Made by a program: the position numbers and the translations under genes
Notes under the pieces: model-generated
What the model was told of the DNA's origin: nothing
The model's input: the letters and a program-made list of their open reading frames with translations, nothing else
Databases searched by the model: none
Shown: positions 61,928 to 64,000 of the stretch, piece by piece
Layout of the letters: each line of letters opens with the position of its first letter
How positions within the stretch are numbered: position 1 is the stretch's first letter
Assembly: GCF_022539665.2 (NCBI RefSeq)
Contig: NC_081334.1
Span: forward strand, 2,046,001-2,110,000
Direction: 5' to 3'
DNA from: Daphnia carinata
Lineage: Eukaryota
DNA: 64,000 bases

Positions 61928-63989
61928 ATGGAAAGTGAATTTCAGAGAAAGTCAAAAAAGTCCAACGCCCACTCATTCACAAGTAAAGAGCGAACCGAAG
62001 ATGTAGACATTCAAGAAAACCTTACCTTTTCTGACATGCACCTTTCTAGCCAAGTGTTAAAAGGTTAGCTCACATATGTTTTTAGGTTAGCTGTTACTTG
62101 CTTTTTTAAAATTTCGGTTGTAATATTATGGAATGCTAGGTCTTACCAAAGCTGGATATGTAAAACCGTCTCCTATACAGCTGGATGCAATTCCAATCGG
62201 AAAATGTGGAATAGGTCTAAACTTAATCAAATTGTGAAATGTTGAAGATATTTACTTTTTTTTTTAAATTCTAGATATGGTAATACAATCTAAATCTGGA
62301 ACTGGTAAAACCCTTGTATTTGGTATTATCATGTTGGAATCAATTGATCTTCAAATCAGCACAGTACAAGGTCTAATCCTTGCTCCAACTAGGGAGATTG
62401 CTTTTCAAAATGCACATGTGATTTACACTATTGGTTCTGAATTTCCTGGTAATACACATCACAGCAGTAGTTATTTATTGAATTACATTAACCTTTTATT
62501 TTGTAGGTCTCAATGTTCAGGTATTCATTGGAGGGCTCCCAGTAGAAACTGATCTGGCAAAATGTAAGTCATGCCACGTCGCTGTGGGAACTCCAGGTCG
62601 TGTGAAGCAATTGATAGAAAAAGGAGCATTGAAACCAAAGAGCATGAGACTTTTCATTTTGGATGAAGCAGATAAATTAATGGAAGACAGCTTTGCTGAC
62701 GATGTGACGTAATAAGCATGAATAACTTCGTTTTATAAATTTGATAAAACAAATTTGTTGCCATCAGGTGGATATTTTCTCAGATGCCGTTAACTAAACA
62801 AGTATTGGCAGTGAGTGCCACTTACCCCGAAGTGTTAGCAAACTTGGTATCGCGTTACATGAAAAAACCGTCATTTGTTCGTCTGGGCCATCAACAGCCT
62901 ACCTTGCTGGGAGTCAAACAATTCGTCTTTCGTGTGGCTTACCACCCAATGACGCAACAGCAAGCGAAAAACAAGTTTGAAATTTTATTGAAAATGCTCA
63001 AGGTCGTAGCTTTCGGCCAGTGTATGATATTTACCAATTTACAAACAAGGTGCCAAGAACAAGTAGTATGCAGGATGACATGCCAACTAATTTTATATTT
63101 TTTTGTTCGTTTTTTACATTTCAATCAAAGAGCCGAAAGCCTGGCAGCCCAGTTATCAAGTAGTGGTCATGCAGCTTTATCGATTTCGGGAAGTCAAACT
63201 CAGACAAAGCGATTGCAGACGCTGCTTAAGCTACGCCAATACCAATGCAAAATTCTAGTTGCCACAGATTTGGTATCTTGATTTTGTATTTGCATTTAAA
63301 TAACATAACTTGATTTATTTCACAAATCGTAGGCGGCACGTGGAATCGACGCTGAGCACATCGATTTAGTCATCCACATGGATGTGCCTCGGGACGCAGC
63401 CACATATTTGCATCGAGTGGGTCGGGCTGGGAGATTTGGAGCGGCTGCCTTGACGTGCACAATCGCATGCGAGGGCAATGAATTGACTGAATTGCGATCC
63501 ATCATCACTAAAACAAGAGCCTCCGTCCGAATCTTGGCTTGTGACCATTTGGCACCTAAAGATCACGACTCGAGCCAACCAGAGACCCTGCTGACGATTC
63601 AGACCCTCAATTTTCTTTGGCTTACTTTACCCGAGCTGGAGGGCACTGGTCTTGAGGGAGAAGGAATGGCTGACAGTCTTCTCGGTGATATCGAACACGA
63701 TTTTGTGCCCGGCCTGCAAGACAGTACCCGAGCACTATTACCGCAAGGGAAGAAGCGCAAAAATAAACCACGAGCAAAAACTGTTTTTGAAACAAAGGAC
63801 TCTGAAGAAGTGCAGATGGAAAATGCCGTTGCGCAGCTAAGCATTAGCGCTAAAGAAGAACAACCCATACGGGTGACACAGCAGGCGTGGCAAGAGTGGT
63901 ACCAATATTGGATGGCTTACATGCGACGCAATAAGGCATTGATTGAACAGCAAGAGTACATGGCGTTGATGTGCAGTGGCATTAAGTAA
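61928..63989 (+). CDS. DDX20: DEAD-box RNA helicase DDX20 (Gemin3)
   Basis: [44 protein letters not shown], then APTREIA, GTPGR, DEAD, SAT and [11 protein letters not shown]-terminal WQEWYQYW. Stop at 63987-63989. Confidence 0.92.
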
Positions 63990-64000
63990 ATTTTCACATG

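Noticed and set aside
63273..63332. DDX20 intron starting GTATCTTG, resembling a U12 donor
   Set aside because: Does not match GTATCCTT and has no CCTTAAC branch site; treated as U2-type.

Overview
Eukaryotic (arthropod) genomic DNA with many 60-90 nt introns and abundant homopolymers and microsatellites. This style and the protein sequences fit a Daphnia-like crustacean (inference). Left to right: a PIF/Harbinger-type MITE inserted into a 35-bp minisatellite; an unprocessed Cfp1/CXXC1 pseudogene fragment; a Tret1-like sugar transporter (-); a DH-PH RhoGEF of PLEKHG7 type spanning over 20 kb (-); a candidate spliced 66-codon micro-ORF gene with structured introns (-), head-to-head with Srp54/SREK1 (+); DCP1 (-), head-to-head with an L-type Cav1 alpha1 gene (+); and DDX20/Gemin3 (+). 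The Cav1 gene is the richest locus. It has an AT-AC U12 intron and up to three sets of frame-enforced alternative exons, one with a strongly divergent domain II S5/pore-helix copy. It also has two 2-nt frameshifts that are probably assembly errors, and a possible stop-codon readthrough that would add a PDZ-type tail. Exon boundaries were read by eye; no database searches were run.
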